Position numbers and translations under genes: made by a program. Below are positions 19,497 to 28,197 of a DNA stretch of 64,000 bases, in pieces. The stretch is from Bacteroidota bacterium. Lineage in GTDB: Bacteria; Bacteroidota; Bacteroidia; Bacteroidales; UBA7960. The stretch spans positions 23,893 to 87,892 of the forward strand of contig REDJ01000102.1 of the NCBI GenBank assembly GCA_007693555.1, read 5' to 3'. The notes under the pieces were generated by a model, which was not told the DNA's origin, made no database searches, and was given only the letters and a program-made list of their open reading frames with translations. The first letter of the stretch is position 1. The number at the start of each line of letters is the position of its first letter.

Positions 19497-20624
19497 ATGG
19501 ACCTGATAATAAAAGAGGTAACTACCCCGGAAGAACTTAAAGATTTTATCAGATTTCCAGATAATCTGTATAAAGATTGTAAATACTACATTCCATCAAT
19601 ACATAAAAATCAGTTTAATACACTTTCAAAGGAACAAAATCCGGCATTTGAACATTGCGAAGCCCGCTACTGGCTTGCCATGAAAGGATCTGTTATAGTT
19701 GGAAGAGTTGCAGGTATTATAAACCATCGTTATAACCAGGAACGTAATGTTAAAATAATGCGATTTGGGTGGATGGATTTTGTTGAGGATCAAAAAATTG
19801 CAAATGCACTCCTGCAGCAGGTAGAAAAATGGGCAAAAGAAAAAGGTATGACAGGTGTTCATGGTCCTTTGGGGTTTACATCATTTGATGCATCGGGAGT
19901 ATTGGTTGAGGGCTTTGACGAATGGCCCACTTCTTTTGGGCATTACAATTTTCCTTACTACGATAAAATGCTTCAAAATGCAGGTTACAACAAGGAAGTT
20001 GATTGGATAGAATTTAACATTAAAGTACCTGATGTATTGCCTCCTAAAGTAATAACAGCCTCCAAGCTGGTGGAAAAACGATACTCGTTACGCAATGCTT
20101 CATTAAAAAATAAAAATGATATCGGTAAATACGCAAACGAAGTATTTGAACTGCTTAATACAGTTTATAAAGACTTACACTGCTTTTCATCACTAACCCC
20201 TGCCCAGATAAAAGACCTTACAAAAGATTTCATGTCATTTATGCAACCCGACTATGTTTCATTCATACTGAATAATAAAGATGAATTAGTTGCTTTCGGA
20301 ATTGTAATGCCATCCCTTACCAAAGCATTAAAAAAGGCAAAGGGGAGATTGTATCCGTTCGGTATTCTGCATATTATTTGGGCTTTGAATTTTAATGACA
20401 CGGTTGATATGCTGTTGATCGGCGTAAGACCCGATTATCAGAACAAAGGAGTTCATGCACTCATCTTCAGCAAGATCGGACAAACTTTTGTTCGTAAGGG
20501 AATAAAGCAGGTAGAAACTACCCGGGAACTGGAAGATAATCAAAAGGTACAGCAGTTATGGGCAGGGTATGAGACACGCCAACATAAAAGGGCAAGGTGT
20601 TATGTGAAGAATCTTTCCTTATGA
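19497..20624 (+). CDS. Conserved hypothetical protein, GNAT-like N-acyltransferase fold (tentative)
   Basis: 375-aa ORF with no TM segments or signal peptide. The N-terminal 'IKEVTTPEELKDFIRFPDNLYKD' and 'RVAGIINHRYN…RFGWMDF' resemble an uncharacterised acyltransferase-like family that I recognise only loosely. Confidence 0.45.
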   Translation: MDLIIKEVTTPEELKDFIRFPDNLYKDCKYYIPSIHKNQFNTLSKEQNPAFEHCEARYWLAMKGSVIVGRVAGIINHRYNQERNVKIMRFGWMDFVEDQKIANALLQQVEKWAKEKGMTGVHGPLGFTSFDASGVLVEGFDEWPTSFGHYNFPYYDKMLQNAGYNKEVDWIEFNIKVPDVLPPKVITASKLVEKRYSLRNASLKNKNDIGKYANEVFELLNTVYKDLHCFSSLTPAQIKDLTKDFMSFMQPDYVSFILNNKDELVAFGIVMPSLTKALKKAKGRLYPFGILHIIWALNFNDTVDMLLIGVRPDYQNKGVHALIFSKIGQTFVRKGIKQVETTRELEDNQKVQQLWAGYETRQHKRARCYVKNLSL

Positions 20625-20649
20625 AGTGAGACGAAGAGCCCGATTTGCT

Positions 20650-21156
20650 TTAAAAATAGATGGTAATACTCACCATAGTGGCGGTATTAAAATTGATTTT
20701 GTCGGGATTGCCAAAACGGGTGGAGAATTCATCAGATTTGGTGAAATTGGCCTGCGCTTCCACACCGGCACTCAGATGAGGTGTAATAAAATATTCCAGC
20801 CCGAAAAGCCCGCCAAGTAAATAGTCTACGCGGGTATCAAGATTTGTGAATGTCTCCGACGATGGAGTAAAGAATAATGCTCCACCCCTTAATCCATAAT
20901 AGGGTTTTACTGCTTCCTCTCTTAAATAAAACCTTGTAGCGAGGGCAAAGCCAAAATCAGCACCCACATCTTCAACATACATTATATCAATTGAAGGAGC
21001 CAGAACAAATTTCTCACCCAACCACATTGGTACAGAAATCCCAAACTGACTGCCCTGAAGGGTTCCGCTTAATCCAATCCAGGGTTTGCTTTGGGAAAAA
21101 ACAAAGTTTGTACTAAACAAAAGGAACAGGGCAATAATTACTTGTCGTGCTTTCAT
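20650..21156 (-). CDS. Small outer-membrane beta-barrel protein (OmpW/porin-like, about 8 strands)
   Basis: Signal peptide …FVFSQ, alternating hydrophobic beta-strand pattern, and a C-terminal '…ITIYF' aromatic terminus. Confidence 0.6.
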   Translation of the reverse strand: MKARQVIIALFLLFSTNFVFSQSKPWIGLSGTLQGSQFGISVPMWLGEKFVLAPSIDIMYVEDVGADFGFALATRFYLREEAVKPYYGLRGGALFFTPSSETFTNLDTRVDYLLGGLFGLEYFITPHLSAGVEAQANFTKSDEFSTRFGNPDKINFNTATMVSITIYF

Positions 21157-21170
21157 GTTTTTGAATTGTT

Positions 21171-21710
21171 TTATTGATATGGATTGAAATTTCTGTCTAT
21201 CACCAGGTTGTCATAAAAAATCTGACCCTGCACTTTCAGGTAGACACGGTAATAACCATCCGGTAGTTCTGATAGATTTAAAAACATATGGTTTCCGGTA
21301 AACTCACCATATACCAAAGGAAAACCACCGGCAACCATATTGCCCATACCATCCATTTGGGGAATAGCCGTAAAACCAGGTGGACGAAAAAGTGCATGGG
21401 TAATCCAGAATTTTCTGGGTAAATCTCCGGAAGGAATTTTTGAATAAATGCTCAAAAAGTTATGAATCGGATTTGGATAAAAGTAAAAAAAGAACGGAGA
21501 TGAAAAATCGTCGGATTGATCGCCCAGCTTCACGTTGGGTGTACTATAGCCTAAAGAACCCATAGTAATGCCCACTTCATCCCTTAACCAGAAACCGTGT
21601 ATAACCGGAACACCCAATTCAGGATAACGAAAGTCGTTTTCTTCCTTCGAGCAACCGCTCGCAATCATCAGAATAATCAGAAATGGAAAAATTGCAGGTT
21701 TTAAATTCAT
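21171..21710 (-). CDS. Hypothetical lipoprotein with a T9SS-CTD-like C-terminus
   Basis: Start chosen at MNLKPAIFPFLIILMIASGC (lipobox). The C-terminal part has 'FYFYPNPIHNFLSIY…GYYRVYLKV'. Confidence 0.5.
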   Translation of the reverse strand: MNLKPAIFPFLIILMIASGCSKEENDFRYPELGVPVIHGFWLRDEVGITMGSLGYSTPNVKLGDQSDDFSSPFFFYFYPNPIHNFLSIYSKIPSGDLPRKFWITHALFRPPGFTAIPQMDGMGNMVAGGFPLVYGEFTGNHMFLNLSELPDGYYRVYLKVQGQIFYDNLVIDRNFNPYQ

Positions 21711-21883
21711 AAATTTTATATGTGATTGTATTTTTCTCCTGAATACATCACAAATATATAATACATTTTTAATTAAGAATAAAGGTTTTTCAGAAATCAT
21801 AGATATAATGCGATGCCTAAAGGTAAATAAATTGAATTTCACAATCTGATTCAGTGTTTATAAAAGCAATTTACAGTGAGGAC

Positions 21884-22051
21884 TTAGAAGCATGTGTAAA
21901 TTGGACAAAAAGGATAATTGTTCGCAGATATTGCAAGGCTAATAAAGGTTAATAGATTTCCCTTGAACTTCTCTATATCACTGTGGTTGGGCTTTAACTC
22001 AAGAAAGGCCTTGTTGAGGACTTTGCTTGGTTTGATGGGGCTTGTCTTCAT
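21884..22051 (-). pseudogene. Possible N-terminal remnant of a DNA methyltransferase/type IIG restriction-modification gene (55 codons)
   Basis: Translation is MKTSPIKPSKVLNKAFLELKPNHSDIEKFKGNLLTFISLAISANNYPFCPIYTCF*. The first roughly 35 aa resemble the N-termini ('…ALNKAFLK.KP.R..IE.FK.NL…') of Bacteroidota Eco57I-like methylases as I remember them. The similarity then stops. Confidence 0.25.
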
Positions 22052-22168
22052 ACAATAACTATTTCCTGGCTAAAACAGGATTTTATATGCAAATTTGCGG
22101 TGAGAAACGAAAAAAAATCTTTCTATTGTTGCAGATTATGAGAGGATTACAAGGAAGTTACAGTGCAG

Positions 22169-22200
22169 AAAAAACTAAAAAGCCCCCTGATCAGGGAGCT
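22169..22200 (-). terminator. Terminator hairpin downstream of tRNA-Leu
   Basis: Minus strand reads AGCTCCCTGATCAGGGGGCT followed by TTTTAGTTTTTT. Confidence 0.5.
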
Positions 22201-22214
22201 ATACCTGTTTTTTG

Positions 22215-22298
22215 TACCCAGGGCCGGGGTCGAACCGGCACGATATTGCTATCACTGGTGTTTGAGACCAGCGCGTCTACCAATTCCGCCACCTGGGC
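22215..22298 (-). tRNA. tRNA-Leu (anticodon CAA), class II with a long variable arm
   Basis: Reverse complement is GCCCAGGTGGCGGAATTGGTAGACGCGCTGGTCTCAAACACCAGTGATAGCAATATCGTGCCGGTTCGACCCCGGCCCTGGGTA. Acceptor stem is 7 bp, the anticodon loop is CTCAAAC, and the T-loop is GGTTCGACC. No CCA is encoded. Confidence 0.9.
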
Positions 22299-22403
22299 AT
22301 GTAATGAGCATTTTTTTGTGAGTGCAAATTTATACAATATTTCGGTATGGCAAAAAAAAATACATTTTCATAAAGTAAAGAGTTTAAAGTAGTATTAATT
22401 TTC

Positions 22404-22411
22404 TAAATTTG
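22404..22411 (+). promoter_or_regulatory. TAnnTTTG -7-like motif (TAAATTTG) upstream of prs
   Basis: Exact consensus match 37 nt upstream of the ATG at 22448. Confidence 0.3.
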
Positions 22412-22447
22412 TCATGGATTGTTCAACCCTACAAAAGCACTTTTCTC

Positions 22448-23392
22448 ATGACCTGCAATGTTCAAATATTTTCTGGTTCTGCATCCCGTTATCTTGCAAA
22501 TAAAATCGCCAAGGAGTATGGAAAAGCACTGGGCAATGAGATTGTTGCCAAATTCAGTGATGGTGAATTTCAACCCTCCTTTGAAGAAACCATTCGTGGC
22601 AGTGATGTTTTTATTATTCAAAGTACCTTTGCACCTTCCGACAACCTGATGGAGCTTTTACTTATGATTGATGCCGCCAAGCGTGCATCGGCCAAGCAGG
22701 TTGTTGCCGTAATACCCTATTATGGCTTTGCCCGGCAGGACCGAAAGGATAAACCCAGGGTTCCCATAGGTGCCAAACTGATTGCCAACCTGCTAACTGC
22801 TGCAGGTGTTGGCCGGATTATTACAATGGACCTGCATGCCGACCAGATACAGGGATTCTTTGACGTGCCGGTTGACCACATGTATGCCTCATCTATTTTT
22901 GTTCCTTATATAAAAAGTTTGAACCTTCCTAACCTTATTATGGCATCACCCGATACCGGAGGAACCAGAAGAGCAGGAGCCTATGCCAAATTCCTCAACT
23001 GCGAAATGGTTATCTGCTACAAGCAACGCAGCAAGGCCAATGAAGTGGGCAGAATGGTGCTTATCGGCGATGTAACGGGAAAGGATGTGGTATTGGTTGA
23101 TGATATCATTGATACAGGAGGTACAATTACAAGGGCTGCAAAAATGATGATCGAAAAAGGAGCCAATAGCGTCAGAGGTTGTTGTACCCATCCTATCCTG
23201 TCAGCTAACGCATATAAAAAAATCGAAGAAAGCCCGTTTGATGAATTTATTGTTTCCGATACCATACCCCTGAGAAAAAAGAGTGAAAAAATTACTGTGC
23301 TCTCTACTGCCAAACTTTTTGCAGATGTAATAAAAAGAGTTAGCAGTCATGAGTCCATAAGTACCCATTTTGAATTTACTACCATACTCTGA
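22448..23392 (+). CDS. prs: Ribose-phosphate pyrophosphokinase
   Basis: 'IFSGSASRYLANKIA', 'VIPYYGFARQDRK', 'ITMDLHADQIQGFF' and the PRPP loop 'VLVDDIIDTGGTI'. The start at 22448 was chosen over 22409, which lies next to the promoter motif. Confidence 0.9.
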   Translation: MTCNVQIFSGSASRYLANKIAKEYGKALGNEIVAKFSDGEFQPSFEETIRGSDVFIIQSTFAPSDNLMELLLMIDAAKRASAKQVVAVIPYYGFARQDRKDKPRVPIGAKLIANLLTAAGVGRIITMDLHADQIQGFFDVPVDHMYASSIFVPYIKSLNLPNLIMASPDTGGTRRAGAYAKFLNCEMVICYKQRSKANEVGRMVLIGDVTGKDVVLVDDIIDTGGTITRAAKMMIEKGANSVRGCCTHPILSANAYKKIEESPFDEFIVSDTIPLRKKSEKITVLSTAKLFADVIKRVSSHESISTHFEFTTIL

Positions 23393-23417
23393 TTTTTTAA
23401 AAAAATATTATAAAAAA

Positions 23418-23451
23418 CCGGCTGCAAAGTATTACCTTTGCAGCCGGTTTT
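23418..23451 (+). terminator. Rho-independent terminator after prs
   Basis: The 12-bp stem ccggctgcaaag / ctttgcagccgg is followed by TTTT. Confidence 0.65.
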
Positions 23452-23495
23452 GCAAAAGGCAATACCATTTTTATTCATCTAAAAATCAATAACAA

Positions 23496-24194
23496 ATGAA
23501 AACAGTATCTGTGAGCGGTTCTCTCAGGGAGAACGTAGGGAAAAAAGATGCTAAGGATTTACGCCGCCAGGGGCTCATACCCTGCGTGCTTTACGGAGGA
23601 GAAAAACAAATTGCTTTCTCACTTCCTGAACTGGCGTTTCGCGACATTATTTACACTCCCGATTCTTGTATCATAAATATGGAAATCGGGAAAAAAACCT
23701 ACAAGGTAATTCTGCAGGATGCACAGTTTCATCCGGTAACAGACCGTATTTTACATTGCGACTTCCTGGAAGTATTTGACGACAGGCCTTTAAAAATTGA
23801 TGTTCCCATTGAACTAAAAGGTACCTCACCTGGTGTAATCAAAGGTGGTAAGCTTCTTACCAAGCTGAGAAAACTCAGAATCAAAGGTCTGCTGGATGCA
23901 TTGCCCGACAGAGTTGAAATTAACATTTCCGAACTTGAAATCGGAGATTCGGTTAAAGTAGGTGAACTGAGCCTTGAGGGTATAGAATTTATGAACCCGC
24001 ACAATGCCGTGGTAGTAATTGTTAAATCTGCAAGGGCGGCCATGATGGCACCTGTTGATGCCGAAGAAGATGAAGAAGGAGAAGCAGAAGAGGGTGCTGA
24101 GGGTGCTGAAGGTGCTGAAGGCGCTGAAGGTGAAGCAAAAGAAGGTGGTGAGGACAAAGGTGGAGAAGCCAAAAAGGAAGAAAAATCAGAATAG
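23496..24194 (+). CDS. rplY: 50S ribosomal protein L25 / general stress protein Ctc, with a long acidic low-complexity tail
   Basis: 'RENVGKKDAKDLRRQGLIPCVLYGGEK' and the two-domain Ctc form. The C-terminal tail reads EEDEEGEAEEGAEGAEGAEGAEGEAKEGGEDKGGEAKKEEKSE. Confidence 0.9.
   Translation: MKTVSVSGSLRENVGKKDAKDLRRQGLIPCVLYGGEKQIAFSLPELAFRDIIYTPDSCIINMEIGKKTYKVILQDAQFHPVTDRILHCDFLEVFDDRPLKIDVPIELKGTSPGVIKGGKLLTKLRKLRIKGLLDALPDRVEINISELEIGDSVKVGELSLEGIEFMNPHNAVVVIVKSARAAMMAPVDAEEDEEGEAEEGAEGAEGAEGAEGEAKEGGEDKGGEAKKEEKSE
24090..24134 (+). repeat. Five tandem 9-bp units (GARGGYGCT-like) encoding (EGA)n within the rplY tail
   Basis: gagggtgct gagggtgct gaaggtgct gaaggcgct gaaggtgaa, read directly from the sequence. 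Confidence 0.8.
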
Positions 24195-24226
24195 ACTTTT
24201 TATAACTTCAGGGTTACTTGCAATAC

Positions 24227-24264
24227 AAGGCATAAAGGTTTTATCTTTATGCCTTGCTTTTTTT
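24227..24264 (+). terminator. Rho-independent terminator after rplY
   Basis: The stem aaggcataaag / ctttatgcctt is followed by gcTTTTTTT. Confidence 0.65.
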
Positions 24265-24277
24265 AACCAAATGGCAA

Positions 24278-24970
24278 ATGTTCAAATTTTTAACCAGTCT
24301 TTGGAGGCACAAAACACCCAAAGAAAAAAATGAAAGTCAGGAAGTGAAATATCTGATTGCAGGCCTGGGCAATATCGGCCCTGACTATGAAAAAACCCGT
24401 CATAATATAGGTTTCATGGTACTTGACCATGTTGCGAATTCAAGAAACGTGAGCTTTGAACCTGCACGCTATGGCGATAAAACCTCTTTCCGTTTCAAGG
24501 GTCGTACTTTTATCATGATAAAACCCAGCACCTATATGAATCTGAGCGGGAAAGCCATACATTACTGGCTCGCAAAGGAGAAGGTTCCTCTGGAAAATCT
24601 GCTGGTTATTGTTGATGATGTTGCACTTCCCCTGGGAACACTTCGTTTGAAGGCAAAGGGAAGCGACGGTGGCCATAACGGCCTTGCCAGCATAATATCT
24701 GTATTGGGAACAAATATGTTTCCCCGACTGCGATTTGGAATCGGTGATGATTTTCAAAAGGGAGGCCAGGTACATTATGTTTTGGGGAGGTGGGAAGACT
24801 GGGAGTTGGAAATCATTGAACCGATTGTCAAAAAATGCCATGACCTGATAACAAGCTTTGCAACCATTGGAATTGAAAGAACCATGAATTTTTTCAATAC
24901 AAAATCAAAACCTGTAAAAAAGAATCCCCCAGAGGAAAATTCCTCTGAAGACAATCTCAAAGATGCCTGA
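24278..24970 (+). CDS. pth: Peptidyl-tRNA hydrolase
   Basis: 'YLIAGLGNIGPDYEKTRHNIGF', 'IKPSTYMNLSG' and 'DDVALPLGTLRLKAKGSDGGHNGL'. The start at 24278 (MFKFL…) was chosen because the 24254 start overlaps the rplY terminator. Confidence 0.9.
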   Translation: MFKFLTSLWRHKTPKEKNESQEVKYLIAGLGNIGPDYEKTRHNIGFMVLDHVANSRNVSFEPARYGDKTSFRFKGRTFIMIKPSTYMNLSGKAIHYWLAKEKVPLENLLVIVDDVALPLGTLRLKAKGSDGGHNGLASIISVLGTNMFPRLRFGIGDDFQKGGQVHYVLGRWEDWELEIIEPIVKKCHDLITSFATIGIERTMNFFNTKSKPVKKNPPEENSSEDNLKDA

Positions 24971-25367
24971 TATCTTTCTCATACCTGTATGCTGTGCAAT
25001 TATTGAACACGAAGGCAAAGTTTTGATTGCACAACGACATGCACACACCAGCAATGCATATTATTGGGAGTTTCCGGGAGGAAAACAGGAAGAAAATGAA
25101 AGCGCCGAAGAATGCCTGATACGGGAAATCAGGGAGGAGTTATCTGTAAAAATCCATATTAAGGAACAACTTAAACCGGTAGTACATCATTATCCTGATA
25201 AATCCATTGAACTTATCCCATTTGTATGCAACTATGATGGAAGCCCTGTAAAACCCGAAGAACACAAAAAAGTACTCTGGATTCAAATAGAGCAGTTCGG
25301 CGATTTTCAATGGTCAGCAGCAGATGTAAAAGTCTGGGAGCAATATATCAACCGATTCAGGAAATAA
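24963..25367 (+). CDS. Nudix hydrolase (MutT-like (d)NTP pyrophosphohydrolase)
   Basis: Nudix box 'GGKQEENESAEECLIREIREELSV'. The ATG overlaps the pth stop by 8 nt (ATGCCTGA). Confidence 0.8.
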   Translation: MPDIFLIPVCCAIIEHEGKVLIAQRHAHTSNAYYWEFPGGKQEENESAEECLIREIREELSVKIHIKEQLKPVVHHYPDKSIELIPFVCNYDGSPVKPEEHKKVLWIQIEQFGDFQWSAADVKVWEQYINRFRK

Positions 25368-25371
25368 AAAA

Positions 25372-25409
25372 GGTTGTTACACAACTATTCTGTAAACAAC
25401 CCTTTTTTT
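25372..25409. terminator. Bidirectional terminator between the convergent Nudix and kinase genes
   Basis: The stem ggttgtt / aacaacc is flanked by an A-run upstream and a T7 run downstream. Confidence 0.5.
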
Positions 25410-25431
25410 ACATTTATGGGAAAAACTTATT

Positions 25432-26559
25432 TCATATAGTTCCGCAATTTACTTCGGCCCATTTTTTCATAAAGTCACTCAAATCATCTCTTGAAGCTGA
25501 GCGTGCATTTCTCACATAAAACCCTGAAGAACAAACGCCCAAAGCAAGGGATTCTGCCGGTTCCATTCCGGCAAGCCAACCGGTGCAAAATCCTGCATTA
25601 AAATTATCACCGGCTCCTGTTGTAAGTTTAGGCTTGGCAGTAAAAGGTCCGTCAACCCATTTACTTTGTTTTTCTGTAGCTATTGCGGCTCCATTTGTTG
25701 GATGGATAACTACGCCGGCTATGCCCAGTTTTTCCCTGATCAGAATAGCGCGGGTGAGAATCTCATCCTCTTTGATACCCAGATTAAGAGAAATGATGGT
25801 AGATTCACTCAGGTTCATACTCAGGATAGTCTCTGCTTTCATCCCTGATATGATTTGCAGTACTTCGCGTATATCTGCATGGGTTCTTTTTTTCGGGTCT
25901 GCAAGGTCAATAAAAATGAAAGGTTTCTTTTTTTGCTTTGAAATAATCTTATTGAATTCCGTGATGATTCCATTTAAATTAGACAACATGGTCCAATTGG
26001 TAAAAGCAATCATATCAACCTGTTCAAGCAGTTTTACCAGTTCCGGCCTGGAAAGTTTTTCCAAAAGATTTTCAATATTTACTTCAACCAGGTTGTTCAT
26101 TTTTCCCATCATTATTTTTCCGTCGTAAAACTCCAGGGCATCTGTATAGCCTGGCTCTGTGAGGGAATACACATTTTTGCAGGAGTCTGCGAACTCGCGA
26201 AAAACGGGATGTATAAAATGCTTGCCTAACGCACCGATATAAGTAACTTCGTGATCCTGGGCAATAACGGCATTTCCCATGATAGGCCCGTTACCTCCAA
26301 GTTTTGTTTGAATGGGTACCTTTTCAATATTTGCACTCAATCCTGCAACCTGCGCAATACGTTCAGCAAATGATTTTATGTCCGCAATTCTATCGTAATC
26401 CTTATCATTTTTCCTTTTATCAACCATATGGATGATCTCATCAACAAAACCGTCAAATCCCACAAGCAAATGTTTGCTTTCATTGAACTTTTCAAGTTTT
26501 TCAACTGCATTTTTTACAATACTGGTTTGTTTCATAAATCTGTGTTTTACCTGTTTCAA
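25432..26559 (-). CDS. Ribokinase-superfamily (PfkB-like) sugar kinase
   Basis: C-terminal 'TTGAGDNFNAGF' matches the PfkB signature 2. 'KLGGNGPIMGNA' resembles the large-domain Gly-rich motif of ADP-dependent and PfkB kinases. It is the last gene of the MFS-malQ operon. Confidence 0.7.
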   Translation of the reverse strand: MKQVKHRFMKQTSIVKNAVEKLEKFNESKHLLVGFDGFVDEIIHMVDKRKNDKDYDRIADIKSFAERIAQVAGLSANIEKVPIQTKLGGNGPIMGNAVIAQDHEVTYIGALGKHFIHPVFREFADSCKNVYSLTEPGYTDALEFYDGKIMMGKMNNLVEVNIENLLEKLSRPELVKLLEQVDMIAFTNWTMLSNLNGIITEFNKIISKQKKKPFIFIDLADPKKRTHADIREVLQIISGMKAETILSMNLSESTIISLNLGIKEDEILTRAILIREKLGIAGVVIHPTNGAAIATEKQSKWVDGPFTAKPKLTTGAGDNFNAGFCTGWLAGMEPAESLALGVCSSGFYVRNARSASRDDLSDFMKKWAEVNCGTI

Positions 26560-26660
26560 TAAAAGTAAGCCAAAAGGCCTATGGCATTAAAGATAGAAAT
26601 ATCAATTCAAATAACAAAGGTCATCAATTAACAGATGCCAGAAAAATTATATGCTAATTG

Positions 26661-28142
26661 CTATCTGCCGTACAATCGGGTTATCTTCATGAGTTCATCT
26701 TCATGCTTATCAGTAAGCATGTTTTTATTGAAGCGCCATTTCCAGTAGCCAGAAGCTTTCCCGGGATAGTTCATACGGGCCTGAGTGTCCAGTCTAAGTA
26801 AATCCTGAAGTGGTGCAATGGCCACATCACCTACAGTTGACCATGCAAGTTTTATAAACGACCAGGCAGGGTCCTTCTTATCTACATAAAAATAATCTTG
26901 CATAAGTTGCAAATCCGATTCATTGCTTTGATTGAACTGACCCAAAGTAGTATCATTATCATGCGTGCCTGTATATACTACACAATTCTTGTCATATGTG
27001 TGCGGCATAAAGTCATTTTCTTCGCCTGAATCAAAAGCAAACTGGAGGATTTTCATCCCCGGCAAACCAAATCTTTTTCTTAATTCCACTACGTCAGGAG
27101 TGATAACACCCAGGTCTTCAGCAATAATGGGGAGCGAACCCAACGCATCAAAAACAGCCTGGAGCATCTCACCGCCCGGCGCCTCAATCCACTGGCCGTT
27201 AACGGCAGTCTTTTCACCATAGGGCACAGCCCAAAATGCAGCCAGCCCCCTGAAGTGATCAATGCGAAGTATATCGTACAAAGTAAAATTGGCTTCGATA
27301 CGATCAATCCACCACCGGTAATTATCTTCTTTCAGTTTATCCCATTTGTATAGCGGGTTGCCCCACAATTGCCCGGTTTCACTAAAGTAATCGGGGGGCA
27401 CACCGGCTACTTTAACGGGGTTCATCTGTTCATCAAAATCAAAAATTTCAGGATTGGCCCATGCATCGGAGCTGTCAAAAGCCACATACAATGGAATATC
27501 TCCTATGATACTTATTTCGTTGAGATTGGCATAGGCTTTTAACTCCAGCCATTGTGAAAAAAACAAATACTGTATGAATCTGAAATAGTTGATATCATCT
27601 TTCAAATGCTCACGGTAATAATTAACAGTGTCTTCATTCTTTAGCTTGATATCCTCTTCCCAGTCAGTCCATGCCAATCCTTTAAAATGCTTTTTTAAAG
27701 CCATAAAGAAGGCATAATCTTCCAGCCATTTATCATTTTTTCGGCAAAAATTATCAAACCGGATATTTCTCAGTTTATTTTTTTGTCCTTTGAAATTATC
27801 ATAGGCTTTTCTCAGTAAAGGATATTTGGTTTCATGCACTTTCCCATAATCAACATATTCATCGTCAAAATAAATATTATCAGGCAAATCCTGTTTTTTC
27901 AACAACCCGTCTTCAACAAGTTTTTCGAGGTCAATCAGAAGTGGATTACCCGCAAATGCCGAATAGCACTGATAGGGAGAATCACCATAACCGGTGTGTC
28001 CCAGTGGCAATATCTGCCAGATTTTCTGACCTGATTTCACAAGAAATTCCACAAAATTATAGGCTTCCCTTCCCATGGTTCCGATTCCATGTTTTCCGGG
28101 AAGTGAGGTTATATGCAATAAAATTCCGCTGCTTCTTTCCAT
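26661..28142 (-). CDS. malQ: 4-alpha-glucanotransferase (amylomaltase, GH77)
   Basis: 'SGILLHITSLPGKHGIGTMG', 'LPLGHTGYGDSPYQCYSAFAGNPLLI', 'LRIDHFRGL' and 'IIAEDLGVITPDV'. Confidence 0.92.
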   Translation of the reverse strand: MERSSGILLHITSLPGKHGIGTMGREAYNFVEFLVKSGQKIWQILPLGHTGYGDSPYQCYSAFAGNPLLIDLEKLVEDGLLKKQDLPDNIYFDDEYVDYGKVHETKYPLLRKAYDNFKGQKNKLRNIRFDNFCRKNDKWLEDYAFFMALKKHFKGLAWTDWEEDIKLKNEDTVNYYREHLKDDINYFRFIQYLFFSQWLELKAYANLNEISIIGDIPLYVAFDSSDAWANPEIFDFDEQMNPVKVAGVPPDYFSETGQLWGNPLYKWDKLKEDNYRWWIDRIEANFTLYDILRIDHFRGLAAFWAVPYGEKTAVNGQWIEAPGGEMLQAVFDALGSLPIIAEDLGVITPDVVELRKRFGLPGMKILQFAFDSGEENDFMPHTYDKNCVVYTGTHDNDTTLGQFNQSNESDLQLMQDYFYVDKKDPAWSFIKLAWSTVGDVAIAPLQDLLRLDTQARMNYPGKASGYWKWRFNKNMLTDKHEDELMKITRLYGR

Positions 28143-28197
28143 ATTTTAACTTGGGTTTTCTTTTAAGAAGTAATAAAGTTATATCAAAAACATATTA

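Noticed and set aside
22042-22392. 116-aa plus-strand ORF
   Set aside because: It runs antisense straight through the well-formed tRNA-Leu(CAA) gene (22215-22298) and its terminator. It has a low-complexity, Arg/Gly-rich translation typical of reading a tRNA backwards. It is not a real CDS.
23729-24172. 147-aa minus-strand ORF with (SAP)n repeats
   Set aside because: It is the antisense reading of the rplY body and its (EGA)n-encoding 9-bp repeat. The apparent Pro/Ser repeat protein is an artefact of that repeat.
24254-24277. Upstream start for pth (24254, non-ATG)
   Set aside because: This extension overlaps the stem and T-run of the rplY terminator (24227-24264). The ATG at 24278 is the more plausible start.
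25583-26128. 181-aa plus-strand ORF
   Set aside because: It is antisense to the PfkB-like kinase gene. Its Ser/Phe/Ile-rich translation shows no motifs and is a shadow ORF.
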